Assembly (NCBI GenBank): GCA_964016885.1
Contig: OZ024743.1
Location: 105,462,001-105,526,000, forward strand
Source of the DNA: Eledone cirrhosa
Taxonomy: Eukaryota
Reading direction: 5' to 3'
Length of the DNA: 64,000 nucleotides
Part shown: positions 1 through 12,764 of the stretch, piece by piece
How positions within the stretch are numbered: the stretch's first letter is position 1
Layout of the letters: the number at the start of each line of letters is the position of its first letter
The notes under the pieces: model-generated
What the model was told of the DNA's origin: nothing
What the model saw: the letters and a program-made list of their open reading frames with translations, nothing else
Databases searched by the model: none
Made by a program: the position numbers and the translations under genes

Positions 1-31
<31 letters not shown>

Positions 32-436
32 TGTTGGTCAACAAACATTCCCATAGAATTGTGATTGCGTTGTCGCTGAATGCTTGGGCTTGCCTGTTGT
101 TCAAAAGTTGGAGGAAAGGCCTCATCTTAAACAAAAAGGTCACATTGACCTTGGCTTGCCCTCAAAGCTGGAGCCACATCCCTTGAACCGTGTGCACTAG
201 TTTTTACCACGCGTTCGTTGATAGTCTCTGGGACTTCCACATAATTAATTTCATTTACCGCCTCACATGCACTCAACAGAAATAGGATGAAAAGAAATTG
301 CAATTTTTTCGCCACTCATTATCAAAGCTATAAAATAAAGAATCAAGAATTCAGCAATGACTGGATAACATGCATCAAATTAAGGATATATCATGGATTG
401 TTGAAAATCTCCACTCCCAGGTAATCTTCAAATAAT

Positions 437-623
437 TGTTTCTACTTTAGGCACAAGGCCAGTAATTACCCAGTGCATTACTGGTACTTTATTTTATCGA
501 CCCTGTAAGGATGAAAGGCAAAGTCAACCTCGGCGGGATTTGAAATCAGATCGTAAAGGGACGTAACTATGCTGGAAATCATGGGGTCCGACTCTCTACC
601 GATACTGCCAATCCACCGCCTTT
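437..623 (-). mobile_element. tRNA-type SINE (family A), full length with 16-bp TSD
   Basis: Reverse strand reads GGCGGTGGATTGGCAGTATCGGTAGAG (A-box-like) ... GATTTCAAATCCC (B-box-like) ... GCCTTTCATCCTTACAGGGTCGATAAAATAAAGTACCAG. Flanked by direct repeat GTAATCTTCAAATAAT at 421-436 and 624-639. Many homologous copies in the window. Confidence 0.85.
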
Positions 624-1362
624 GTAATCTTCAAATAATGGCCGCTAAAAGAACACTACAAAATAATAATCAAGAACTTATAATATCCTGTAACCACACA
701 ATCCTAACATCATTTAAATTCTACATCCAACATAGCCCCTAACTAAAAACATCTATATCCCTTCTTTCTTAACCAAACACACCAACATAACTTTTCCTGA
801 AGATCTACCGCTCAAGGGAGTCATCGCAAGTACACATTTAGATATATGAATGTGTCTATAGGTAAGCCTATATAGATATATGACTATATAACTCTCTGTG
901 TGCATGTGAGCTGTTTTATTTTTACACGCGTGAATTTATCGTTATGTGTGCATAAGACAGAAATGGTATATTATGTTGTTTGGAAAAGTACACTACCTGC
1001 CCAAACCCCAGAACACAAATGCTGATAAAAGCTATTTGATGAATGTGGATAAAATAGATCTTTATTGTCTCCACGAAGTCCCACTCCCCAAATACTAAGC
1101 CAGCTATCTACCCAACTAGTTAATCATGCTAGTTAATTCTGACCACACTGAACAACTATCATATTTATGACTTCACAAAAAGTTTTATACAGATACTATA
1201 GATGAATTGGTGCATACACACAATTCTATCAACTTATCATAACCATTAAATGGAACACTTTGTCCACTACGGTTAAGATGGTTATATGCAATCATTTTAT
1301 TAATTTTCTATTTCCTCACCCATTGACACACGCAAACAACACACCCCAGCCTCTTATATATA

Positions 1363-1422
1363 TAGGAACGAGAAGGACCCCGACGGCTGAGCTCAAGCCG
1401 TTTCGACGGCTAATTCTGGACT
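1363..1422. mobile_element. single arm of the fold-back half-hammerhead mini-element family
   Basis: Near-identical to the left arm of the copy at 50748-50955; embedded in (TA)n. Confidence 0.7.
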
Positions 1423-1532
1423 ATATATATATATTATGAAATACTGTTGGCTTCACGCTCACAATAATTTCTATACTTTCATTTATACTTTCATATATAT
1501 ATATATTTTTTTTTATTTTATTTTATAGAAGG

Positions 1533-1583
1533 AGCTTCTACAGGACTAGTACTGTTTCATTCAGATGAAATCTTCAGGAAGCT
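1533..1583 (-). ncRNA. type I hammerhead ribozyme motif (intact core)
   Basis: Minus strand: AGCTTC-CTGAAGA-tTTCAtcTGAAt-GAAA-CAG tactagtc CTG-TA-GAAGCT. Stem I AGCTTC/GAAGCT, CUGANGA, short stem II, GAAA, stem III, GUA cleavage triplet. Confidence 0.75.
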
Positions 1584-2037
1584 GGGTGTCATATTAAGTT
1601 CTGGTATTTATACATTTAGGTAGTGGTAAGGGAGGAGTGGTGGGTGGGTGGGGATTTTTTTGAGGGGGGTAGGATGGTATTTAGATACACAGGACCACAA
1701 CATGGCACAGGCCGTTTTTTCTTTGGGGAGTGGTCAAATAGCCAGAGTGCTTTTTTGAAATAAATAAATAAATAAATAAATGAATAAATAGATAAATGAA
1801 TAAATAAATAAATAAAATAAATAAGAAAATAAATAAATAAAAACCCCAAGAATAGTAATTCAACAGATATATAGTAGGGAAATTTTTTTAGGTGGGTTGG
1901 TAATAGAAGATAAACAAGACCGAATCATGGCACAGACTGAGGTGAGTGGTCAAGTTAACATACAAGCCACAGGTGGCCAGAGTGTTTTTGTATATATATA
2001 TATGTGTCTATATATATATTTATATATAGATTTTATT

Positions 2038-2081
<44 letters not shown>

Positions 2082-2247
2082 GATACATCGAGCTTCGACG
2101 AGCAATTGACCCTCTGAAATGATCGTAAAACAATGAACCGATTTACTACCTATCTCTGACTTTCAATTTGTTTATATTATTCTACACACACACACACACT
2201 CACATTTATATGTGAGTGTGTGTGTGTATGTGTGTCTGTGTGTCTGT

Positions 2248-2332
<85 letters not shown>

Positions 2333-2599
2333 TTGAACACAGATATCATGAAAGAGTGACGTTAGAAAAAATATGAGCAACATGGACGAATATATATAAG
2401 TCACCTGTTGGCTCACATATATACATGCATTTATACATGCATCAAATCAGTATCGGATTTGGGATTCTTAACACCGAGTACATCAGTCCCAGCACTGTAA
2501 ACCTGTGATATAAATTGTCCCATATGTTTCATTAAATACAACGGTATCAAGTACATTATATAGAGCATCTCATATTTCTAAACTTTGTAGTTTGGACAC

Positions 2600-3002
2600 A
2601 TCTATACCTTTTCGTACTCGCACTCCTGCTGTCCGCAATGTTTCTCTCACCTGCTCTTTCATCTTGTCATATACAAGTATGTGATCTGTATCAAAATCTG
2701 CAGCACGCATTATTCTTACACATCAGATTTCCTAGAAGTCTCTCCTCCTGGTGATGATATAATCCATTATGTGTCCATGGTTGGATCTCGTTTTTGTACA
2801 TGTTGTCGTATGGTCTTCTCCCGAAAAACGTATTGCACATGACCTGTTCAAACTCAGTGCATAGTGGCAAAGGGAAAATACCATTGGCATTCATCTTGCC
2901 CATGCCTCGATGTCCTAAAACTCTCCAGATGCGACCTCCTTTGCCCATGTGTGTGTATTGAAATCTCCGTTGAAGCAAGATTTTTTTAGAATGTGGAATC
3001 AA
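2600..3002 (-). pseudogene. RTE-clade LINE APE endonuclease remnant
   Basis: ORF 2691..3002 contains VLGHRGMGKMNANG..LCTEFE..CNTFF, followed after a frameshift by DTDHILV; typical C-terminal half of an RTE endonuclease. Confidence 0.7.
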
Positions 3003-3099
3003 TATTTACACCCACGTAAATCTTGTTAAAAGCTAGCCATGTTTGTTTGCTGGCTACTATCCAAGGAAAAGGCATATACTAAAACAACAGTCATGAAAC

Positions 3100-3950
3100 A
3101 TCACTTTGAAAGAAGAACTCCTAGATGCATAATTCGATCACCAAAGCCTTGTGGTCACTTTGTGACATCTGTACGGACAGCGAAACCTATTGCTCCATTC
3201 CGTTTCTCCCATTTTGTTTCTTTTTCAAGAAAAATGTATAGCCAGCATCTTTTTCTCATAGATGACATTTACCACTAAGAGTGCAGCTATATCAATATAG
3301 ATGTTCAATTCTCTGCCAACAACAGTTCTGCCTTCTAGATTTGTGGATGATTCCGTCAAGAAGTCTTCTAAAATTCTATGCAGCAACATCCAATGTAAAT
3401 CTATTCTTTTGAAAATTCTTCTGAAAATTATTATTCATATCGTTTTTCCTGTCGGCATGAACAGCCGCCAACAGCAAGAAGTTGATGGTGTACAGACAAT
3501 ATTCTTTCTAGACCTCTCCCAGCATTTGGCTGAGCAGTGTTATCCATTAAAAGGGTTGCTCTGTCACAAAAGACTCCACCCAAGTCAATTTCTACTCCCA
3601 AAACTTGCAACAATATTAGATAAGCCTTAAATCGCATGTGGGTAGATTATTTACTGTATGGCTCCAACTTGCTGGCTGGATGTAAACAGACACTAATGGG
3701 CTTGCAGGCGGTTTAAAGCATATTTTACGTTGTTACACATGCACATACTGCTTTGAGCTCTTTGTGCAGATATCTCCTGAAAGTCCTTCGGCGATGGAGA
3801 AGCAGCAACTGTATACAGTGGTGCTTCTTCATCGCCGCCAGATTTCAAGAGATATCTGCATTAAGAGATCAAAGCAGTATGTGCTTGTGCTACACACATG
3901 CTGCTCTTTCAGCATCAACAGCTAGAATCCAATAACAAGCAGAAGCAAGA
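3100..3950 (+). pseudogene. possible highly decayed RTE-like RT/C-terminal remnant
   Basis: LLYGS motif (ttactgtatggctcc, ~3651) resembling RTE LLYGSETW; locally raised GC; no intact frame. Confidence 0.3.
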
Positions 3951-4134
3951 TTAATAGTAAACTGTTTCAAGCGCATTTTCCCCCAGATAAATAAATAATT
4001 AAGATAAAAGGAATTAAAAAGATAGACTCATTTAAAATTTTAAAAGATTTTTTTCAATTCCGTATGCATACACACGTAATTGTCCATCCAATCCTACACC
4101 CACATATACATATATTCATACTATTGAATGACCG

Positions 4135-4276
4135 GTGACTCCCGCAATGTTACAAAAATCCCCCTCCTCGTCAAACAAACTCATTTGGGTTGCCGGTTGG
4201 ATTAGACACAGATGACCTGACCATACGACAGGTCGTACTTGGTTAAATATTACCAGTAGGACTCGGGAGCAGCCTG

Positions 4277-4278
<2 letters not shown>
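4135..4278 (-). mobile_element. 5' fragment of dispersed repeat family B
   Basis: Reverse complement aligns by eye with 32642-32770 (CAGG...CTACT.GTAA...AGTACGACCTGT...CCGGCAAC...GGG.GATTTT). Confidence 0.6.
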
Positions 4279-4336
<58 letters not shown>

Positions 4337-4358
4337 CCCCCCCCCACACACACACACT

Positions 4359-4389
<31 letters not shown>

Positions 4390-5107
4390 GTGTGTGTGTG
4401 TGTTTTATTTTTGTTAAACCGCGATAATATTGCTTTTTGCTGAACTCCTTATTGTAGAGTTTTTTTTCTGAATGTTTTTGACTGTTGTTTCATGTAAACA
4501 AACATTCGTCTCATTCTGACGTCACCAGCCCTGCTTTTCCACATGTGCGTTTTATTTTCATAATCACGCCTGATGTTAAACTTGCCTGCTTTTAAATTCC
4601 CTTTTTGGCATATTAATCAGTATTATTTTAGTTATCGTGTTGAGCTCTGCTGACGATCGAATTCCAACCGTGACCATCCCCACTGAAAGTTTTCGTGAAA
4701 TAGTCTTTTCAAGACTATACAGAGCATTTGTAGTTGTTCCAAATTGAAGGATGAGTATTTCAAACTTTATTTTATCATGAGTTAAGGCTCTATTGATTTT
4801 TCCCTGGATTTCACTAAATTCTGTTGGATAAATCTATATCCTGATTCTTTTTGAATTGAGTTTGAATTATTTTTCCCTCATCTTACGTTAACTATTTTCC
4901 CATTTTGACGCTATAGTCACTTATATAATATGGAATACTGTTGGCTTCTCGCTACAATACTTTCTATACTTTTCATTTATATATAAATATATATATTATA
5001 AAATTAATTTTTTTTTTCAAAATGAAAAATAACCGAGGTGTCCTACACGAGTGAAAGTATAAAGAAAAAAAGATGAAATCGAAAATGCAACTGGAGTCTT
5101 ATTTAAA

Positions 5108-5520
5108 AAAATATATATATATTTACTGGTTAGTACCTATAAAACAGTATAAACACTGAAAATATATATATATTTACTGGTTAGTACCTATAAAACAGTA
5201 TAAACACTGAAAATATATATATATTTACTGGTTAGTACCTATAAAACAGTATAAACACTGAAAATATATATATATTTACTGGTTAGTACCTATAAAACAG
5301 TATAAACACTGAAAATATATATATATTTACTGGTTAGTACCTATAAAACAGTATAAACACTGAAAATATATATATATTTACTGGTTAGTACCTATAAAAC
5401 AGTATAAACACTGAAAATATATATATATTTACTGGTTAGTACCTATAAAACAGTATAAACACTGAAAATATATATATATTTACTGGTTAGTACCTATAAA
5501 ACAGTATAAACACTGAAAAT
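5108..5520. repeat. minisatellite, 51-bp unit x8, apparently identical copies
   Basis: ACTGGTTAGTACCTATAAAACAGTATAAACACTGAAAATATATATATATTT recurs at 5125, 5176, 5227 ... 5482. Confidence 0.95.
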
Positions 5521-5584
5521 AAAACAAAGTTACACGAGCGATGTGAACCATGTTTTTTAAGACTCAATTATAAAGTTTATAATA

Positions 5585-5925
5585 ATTCCTTCTACTTTTG
5601 GCACAAGGCCAGGAAATTACCCAGTGCATTACTGGTACTTTATTTTATTGACCCTGTAAGGATGAAAGCCAAAGTTAACCTCGACAGGATTTGAACTCAG
5701 AACACAAAAGGCCATAATTATGATGCAAAGCATATAGTAATAATAATGGTTTCTGATTTAGGACAAGACTAACAAGTATGGGGTGGGGAAAGGCAATTAA
5801 ATCGTCCTCAGTGCATTATTGGTACTATCTTTTATCAACACCTTCAGGATGAAGGTCAAAGCTAACCTCGGCGGCATTTGAACTGAGAATGTAAAGGGAC
5901 TCAACTATATGCCGCAACGCAATAT
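5585..5925 (-). mobile_element. two tandem diverged SINE family A copies
   Basis: Core GGTACT...GGATGAA.G.CAAAG.TAACCTCG...ATTTGAACT present twice (~5635-5700, ~5820-5885). Confidence 0.75.
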
Positions 5926-5993
<68 letters not shown>

Positions 5994-5994
5994 G

Positions 5995-6195
5995 TAGGTT
6001 TATCCAGGGTTCAATCGAGGGTAACCTCAGTAAGTAAGGTACTCAATACAAAGCAGAGTATAAATATTTAATATAGAAAAGGCTTCTACAGGACTAGAAC
6101 TGTTTGATTCGGGAGAAATTATCAGGAAGCCTGGGCTTTCTGTTGATTTCTCCCGAATGAAACTGCTCTACTCCTGTAGAAGCCTTTTCTATATT

Positions 6196-6197
<2 letters not shown>
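5995..6197. mobile_element. HHR-bearing mini-element with two inverted degenerate hammerheads
   Basis: Inverted arms ~6068-6131 / 6134-6197, each homologous to the HHR at 1533-1583 with mutated cores (CTGATAA/CAAA; CTGTTGA/GAAA). The tail matches 28858-28968. Confidence 0.7.
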
Positions 6198-6259
<62 letters not shown>

Positions 6260-6902
6260 ACACACACACACACACACATAAGTAGTTATTACAATTATAC
6301 ATTTAATTCATATATTATATTTTTGCGGATTAATATTCGTCGAAAATATTTTGCTGTGTTTTTCTTCATTTCTATTCACACATTTATCATGCTCACATTT
6401 ATTAAACATAATCTTAATATTTAACATTATTTAATATTACTATTTAAATTCTTTTCTCTAAATCATTCCCCTAGTTTCTCATCTGTAATATATCACTGGC
6501 TCTTCAATCAAACTTCATTTATCTATATATATTAGAATATATCTGTTTCGTTCATTTCCATGATTTCATTCTATGACAATATTCTATTTAAATCTATTTA
6601 ATATGTTCTTCATCGGCTTCAAACTGGTTCCTAACGGAAAGAAGATTATTATTTAAATCTTCCTAAATCACGGCTCAATAACATCTGCGTATTTTTCAAA
6701 ACGTTCACATGAAATAAATATACAATTTATATAAATGAAAAATATCACATGGACAGCTAAATCTGATATTCGTTTCTTTATGTGATATGATTGTATTTGA
6801 TTATGTATTTATATATACACACCCACAAAATGACACTTAGATAAACACATGCACAAGTACATAAATACATAAATACATACATATATATATAGATATATAC
6901 AT

Positions 6903-6994
<92 letters not shown>

Positions 6995-6996
<2 letters not shown>

Positions 6997-7187
6997 CAAT
7001 GGAATTGTGGTAAGGAACCAGATGGACCATAACGCACCAGAGCACTCAATACTACTTAGGGTAGTAGAGTAGGAAATGGGAAAAAGTATGACCCCGACGG
7101 CAGAGCTCAAGCCGTTTCGACGGCTATTTCTGGACTGAAATAGCCCTCGAAACGGCTTAAGCTCTGCCGTTGGGGGTCATACTTTTT

Positions 7188-7190
<3 letters not shown>
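6995..7190 (-). mobile_element. fold-back half-hammerhead mini-element
   Basis: Inverted arms 7079-7130 / 7137-7189 plus a tail homologous to the copies at 50224 and 50748; in (TA)n. Confidence 0.8.
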
Positions 7191-7234
<44 letters not shown>

Positions 7235-7311
7235 AAAGTATGTGTCTCTACATGTAATTAATTCACACATTTTAAGATTTTTTCAGTATTTGCATTCCCT
7301 TGATTATATAT

Positions 7312-7498
7312 ATATACAAAACTGGGACATTACAAGACGTGACGGCGGGCGTTTTACATAAAAATCATATAACTTTAACATTAGTAAATAACAATAAACT
7401 ATATATAATAAGATAACAATTGAAATCCCCAATAGGGGGAACGTTACTGCAGGGTTGTTTTACACCCCGTGGATAGAACATCTCTCAACACCAGGAAC

Positions 7499-7500
<2 letters not shown>
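7312..7500 (-). mobile_element. 3' UTR-only fragment of a Tx1-like LINE
   Basis: Shares the CCCCAATAGGGG motif and flanking sequence with the 3' UTR of the copy at 60490-61232; abuts (GATA)n. Confidence 0.65.
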
Positions 7501-7531
<31 letters not shown>

Positions 7532-7668
7532 TATTTCTTTATTTGCCACAAGTGCGCACAGTAAAGGGGGACAATACAAAGACATGCCGGGATTTTACAT
7601 ACAGTCGTGTAAAAAATATAAAAACAAACAATTACAACAGTCGAAATCCCCAATAGTGGGGGAGGCGC

Positions 7669-10656
7669 CTACAGGCTTATAAACACAGAAGGCCCAATCA
7701 CTCGGGCTATTTTCGCTTCATTCACCCACCTTTCAGTAAATTTACTGGGGTGCAGTGCCTCCTTCTCCACTCTGATTCTCCTTCTAAAGTGATACTTAAA
7801 GAAGGGAATCAATTGTTGTCCGGAGAGAAAGGCATCTATCCTCAGTCCTCTCAATCTCGTCCACCATATAACCTCTTTCACCATAGCCACCGTACAGAGG
7901 AAAATCGCCTCTCTTTCGTTTTTGAAAGAGGCTGGCGGTTTGATTCTTACTATGGACTCGGCAGTCAACTGGATTTGTCCCATACGCGACAGCAGTTGTT
8001 CTACATAGTTTCACAGGTCAGTTACGCCCGGGCAGTGTACAATTGCATGCAGGACTATTTCAATGTCCTGCGCGCATCTTGGACACGTCCTCTTGGAAGG
8101 ATCCCTGCCGGGCGTCCGTGCCTGTAGATCTTTTCCCGAACCGGTAGAGCTCCTCGGTAGCACTGCCAGGCCAGGGACCTCTGCAAGTTGTCCATAGGTC
8201 CCGGGCGGAAAGTCCTACCAAACAGACTGGTAAGCTCATTGTCTTCGACGCCTAGAATCTCTCCGAGCACGTCGTCGCCCTTGTAACGTACAATCCTTCT
8301 ATAGAATGTCGAAGTGGAGTCTCCACTGATTGCTGCGCCCGCTTACCAGAGGACTGTGAGCGCCTGGGCGCATTCAATGTGCCAGGCGCCCATCGTTTTC
8401 GGTCTTTTCTTGACCCCCCCCAGGACTGCAGCTCCGTCACCGAGACGAGCTGTGGGAAAGCCTGTCTCACAAACGGTGCCCACACCGGTTGGGGGTCGGT
8501 GAGGAATATCTGGAGATGCCGCAGCCTGAGCGAATGTTTGCTCATCATCAGCCACGGCATCCCCAGCCCTCCGTTGGAAGGGTGCTGACAGCAGACGGAC
8601 CCCTCCCCCGCAGAGCCTTCTTCTTCCACAGAAACTGGAAGAGCATGTGTTCCATCTTGGCGAGGTGTTCACGGGGACAAGGCACAACAGTCAAGCGGTA
8701 GTAGATGACGGATGCTATGAAAGTGTTCGCCACCTCCACTCGACCTTTCAAGGACAGTTTGCACTCTGCCCACTTCTGGGTTAGGGCAAACACCTTGGCC
8801 GTGACCCCGTTCCAGATTTTCTACACCTGGAGGTCTGGACCGAACCAGACCCTGAGCAATTTCACCAGTAATGGCTCTAGAGTCAATACATACAGAATGG
8901 AGGAGAGAGAGCACCCCTGTCGAATGGAACGCGTGATTGCGAACGGCTCCGATTGGTAGCCGTTCACCTTGACACTCGAGTAGATTCTGGTGTGCATCGC
9001 CTCGATCCATCCTCTGAACACGGGACCGAAACCGGCCGCCTTGAGAACCGCTTCCAAGTATCGATGGTCGACCCTATCGAATGGCTTAGAGTGATCCAAA
9101 TTGATCAGAGCCCCACCGAAGCCGGGTTTACTACCCACCCTCTCTATGATGTATCGCATAAGGTGGAGGCTGTTGTATATGGACTTGGTCGGGATTGCAC
9201 ACGTTTGCGCTTTCCCTACCAGGTTCTCGACGACAAGCGCCAACCTCGTCGCTAGCGCCTTAACCAGAATAGGGTAGACCATCTAGTCCGGTTGACTTGC
9301 GTTGCCCGCAGCGGCCCAGACCGTCCCGTATCTCAGTGTCCGTGATCGGTCTCTCGCAGAACTCGGCGTCCGTGTTTGAGAGACGCGGCAAGCCGTCAAG
9401 GTATGAACTAAAGTCCATTGCCCCGTTCGGCTCACCGTCGTTCTGCTCAAACAGTCGCGCAAAGTGCTGCTGAAAGGCAGCGCACATTTGCTTGGGGTCA
9501 AGTAGCACGCGTCCATTTTGGTCTTTCAAAGACAGAATCGTGGACTTGTTGCCACCGTTACTCGGGCCCAGCTGACAGCTTTCGCTCCTTCGTTTCCTAG
9601 AGCACGTGTTTTGCTTCTGACCACGCAGCCTTCGTGTTTCCCATCGAAGAACTGGTCCAGTGCTGTTCTCGACGCTAACACTCTAGCCGCGTTGCCACTT
9701 CTAAGTGCCTCCTCTACCTTGGCTACTAGTTCTCTTTCTATTCTGTTTTTCTCAAAGGCTAATTCTCTGCTATACCCTATCGATTCTGTTCCAATTGCTT
9801 TCTTGAGAGAGTACCACCATCTATTGTTGACGATGGCTCCCATTAACTGTTGCTAGTCTACTTATCCGTTCACTGTAAGCTTTACGTGCCGGCAACGACA
9901 CGTTCAGCTTCCAGTATCCGGGTCCCTGTCTATGTGTTCTATCACGGTTGACTAAGCAGACGACTAATTTGTGATCTGAATAGGCAACCATGTATATTCG
10001 TGGACAGCTTAACATCTCCTTGTCCATTTCTCTAATGAAGAACCTATCTAAATACGATCTAGATGTCCCGCTACGGTTTACCCACGTCCACTGTGGTTTA
10101 GTCGTGAAATCCAGTCGATACCTATCGGCCAGTTGGAATTGGCCGATTATAGTTTTGAGGCTGTTGCACTCCGCTCTACTGGGACATGCTCCCACATAGT
10201 CCCATCGTGCATCTAGGATACCATTCCAGTCCCCCACTAAAAGTAAGGAGCGAGACGTTCCCAGAAAAGACTCTAGACGCTTAAAGAAGTCTGGCAGTGA
10301 TTGCGATTGCCAGTCGGGGCTTAAACGGCCACCGGTCTGAAGGCTCCACCTCCAATACTGTTCATGTCTAGGACTACCAGTCTACCCTCCGGGTCCAAGT
10401 GTACTTGTTGTACTTCGACGTCCAGGTTATTCCGAAATATGACATCCACTCCACCCCCACCTCCTGGCTGACAGAGAGATGTGTAGATCTCAAAGGCGTC
10501 GAAGATGGTGGTTAGTTGTTGCCTGTTGTGGATCCAGGACTCGGTGATGGCTATCACATCCATACCGTATGACCTAATGTCATTTAAAAGTTGGCCCTGT
10601 TTCCAGGGCATCCCTAGGCCACGCACATTCACGCTTTCAACTCGTAAACTAGCCAT
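7669..10656 (-). pseudogene. ORF2 (APE-RT) of Tx1-like copy A, disrupted
   Basis: Chain of ORFs 10321..10656, 9821..10237, 9526..9843, 9260..9529, 8821..9282, 8548..8793, 8252..8629, 8055..8270, 7669..7983, collinear with ORF2 of copy D. Confidence 0.9.
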
Positions 10657-12180
10657 GTTGGTGAAGAAGAGTTGGAGAAAAAGACCGAAAGGTGCACTTA
10701 CTTTTTCGTGTCCTTGAGATCGGGTTGTTCAATCTCCATGTGGGTGCTGGATGGGTGTTGGATGGGGTGGGGAAACATTTTAACAGGACGCGGTTGATGG
10801 GTTTCTGGCAGGGGTTGCGCACGTCCTGTGAAAATTTATTTTTTAGGTCATTATAGGTTTCCATAGAAACCCTTATAAGTTTAAGGTGTGGAGACGATTC
10901 TGCCTTGACGAAAGTTTTGCCCTCTGTCTCCACCTTGGGGTTTTGGGAGATGACCTCCATCAAATTCTTGTTGTTTGTGTTGATGTATGCGTATTGTTGT
11001 TTGTGTTTTTGTTGTGTTGTTTTAGTTTGTTGTTCGACCGGGAGTTTTCTTTTTATGGTGGGTGCTTGTTTTTGGGGTGGTGTTGGTGTTGGTGATTGGA
11101 GTTTTGGGGGTTTTGTGGTGTCTCTTTTTTTGATTTTTAGATTTCTGCGGCTCTCCCTCTTCTTCACTTAAAGAAGGAGAAGCAGCTTCAACCGTCGATG
11201 AATAATCATCGTCAGGTGTGTGGGGTAGGGGTATGTTGTGTGGTGGTGGTGTTTCGGTGTGTGTGTTTGTGGTAGTGTTTCATGGAGTGGGATGGGTGGG
11301 GCTGTGTTCTTCAGGGGTGTTGTCTCTGTTTTTTCTGTTGTTGTTGGTTGAGTGTCTGTTTTGGTGTGGTTGCTCGTTTCGTCTGTCGTTGTACTTGTGG
11401 TGGTGGTGGTTGTTTTGGTGTTGGTGTTGGTAATAGTGTTTTTTAATGATGTTTTTGTTGTGTGTTTGTGGACAAGAGGTTTTTAGTTTTTAGGTGTGCT
11501 GTGCTACCACAGCGAAAGCCATGACATTTTCATCCTTCTACCGAAATGTTTATTTTGTTGTTATCATCGATGACGACTCTTTCGGGTATTTTGGAGATTC
11601 TCTCCGGTTTCATTTGCAACATAATCTCCAAATCAGTACCCGCCCACCTTTGTCGAATAGATATTCGTATCGAAAGAATCAAATCAGTTTCTGGCTCTAC
11701 GAAGCCAGCCTAGATCCACCAGATGTTAATGTTTGGGGGTATATTTTTTATTTCTATTTTTTGTGTCCTTTTTCCCATGTATGTAGGGAAAGAGGTGACT
11801 GCTTTTGACACCATTGGTGTCACAGAATGTTTTTGGGCGAGTGCCTCGCATTTAAACAGTACGGGAACACTTCCGTACTTTTTTCCTCGCAGGAGAAAAT
11901 CGATATATGCTAAAATTTCCTTGAAAATAGCTTCTATATCTGCTTGGCTAACAAATATCGGCTTTCTTGTGGAATTTGACACAATCCTAAAGGTGACTGA
12001 TCTGATTGTGTCTTCCTTTATTTCGAGGGGTGAGTTAATTCTAAACCTACCTTTTTCTTCGAAAGTTACAAATTTTCTCCCTTGCTGGAGCATATCTCTT
12101 GCATTGGAGATATCAAGATTTATAAAATCTTGTTTTTTATTCACTGTTTAAGCGAAAGACATTTTCTTTTTTTTGTGTGG

Positions 12181-12217
<37 letters not shown>

Positions 12218-12442
12218 ATCGTTGTTAGCCTCGGTGTTGGAAATCTCAGTTCCTTGACGAGGTGAAACATTATGTGTAGATGTATCTGTTGAGTTGTTGA
12301 TGTCTTTTTCATGTGTATGTATGTTAATAGGTTTAATTTCTGTGTTTTCATGTGAGTTAGTGTTATTTTTCTCCGCTTCGATGGTAGAGATTATACAATT
12401 TTTGAGTGGTAACATGTTTTCCTCTTTGTTGACGACGTCCAT
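10649..12442 (-). pseudogene. ORF1 (gag-like) of Tx1-like copy A, disrupted
   Basis: ORFs 12137..12442, 11710..12144 and 10649..11167 are collinear with ORF1 of copy D (VTFRIVS / VTYRTVS; KKYGSV / KKYATV; INTNNKNLM / INTHNKKLM). Confidence 0.75.
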
Positions 12443-12764
12443 AGTAGCAGAAGCAGATATAACGTTAATATACGCCTTTTTCTCTCTTTTCTCTATTGAC
12501 GTTCTCCAGCGTTCTTGTGTTGTTCAAGTTATTTAGTTTGTAAAATTTGATATTTTAAAACAAATTTCAAAATAAAATTTTCACCCCTACAGGGGCGAAA
12601 AGTTAGGTTGCCACCCAGCTGACAATTCATCTTGGGGGTTAATCTACAAAATAATATGTTTTTTCAAACAATTTGTTCTGTTTTTCGTATATAAATTTAG
12701 AAAAAATCTTACCGGCGATGTTTCACGCCTCAAACAGAAAGAGAGATAGAGAGATCGATAGATA

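Larger units (their letters stand above)
7533..12738 (-). mobile_element. Tx1/L1-clade non-LTR retrotransposon copy A, full span but degenerate
   Basis: ORF1 fragments (12442 to 10649) with decayed knuckle FRCGSTAHL. ORF2 fragments: APE (SVNVRGL, GDWNGILD, SYLDR, YSDH), RT (KSTGLDGLP, DHSKPFDRVDH, SIRQGCSLS) and C-terminus. Many frameshifts, stops and deletions. Both ends in GATA-type repeats. Confidence 0.92.

Noticed and set aside
127-329. ORF with signal-peptide-like start (MAKKLQFLFILFLL) next to an acceptor-like TTTTATAG
   Set aside because: The start codon is GTG, the other frames close quickly and I see no recognisable homology or partner exons. A UTR or lncRNA exon cannot be excluded.
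1000-1300. Possible Penelope RT remnant (MNVDKIDLY..., FYTDTI)
   Set aside because: Too decayed to support from motifs alone.
5108-5520. Regularly spaced repeats resembling a CRISPR array
   Set aside because: No unique spacers; pure tandem repeat in eukaryotic context; no cas genes.
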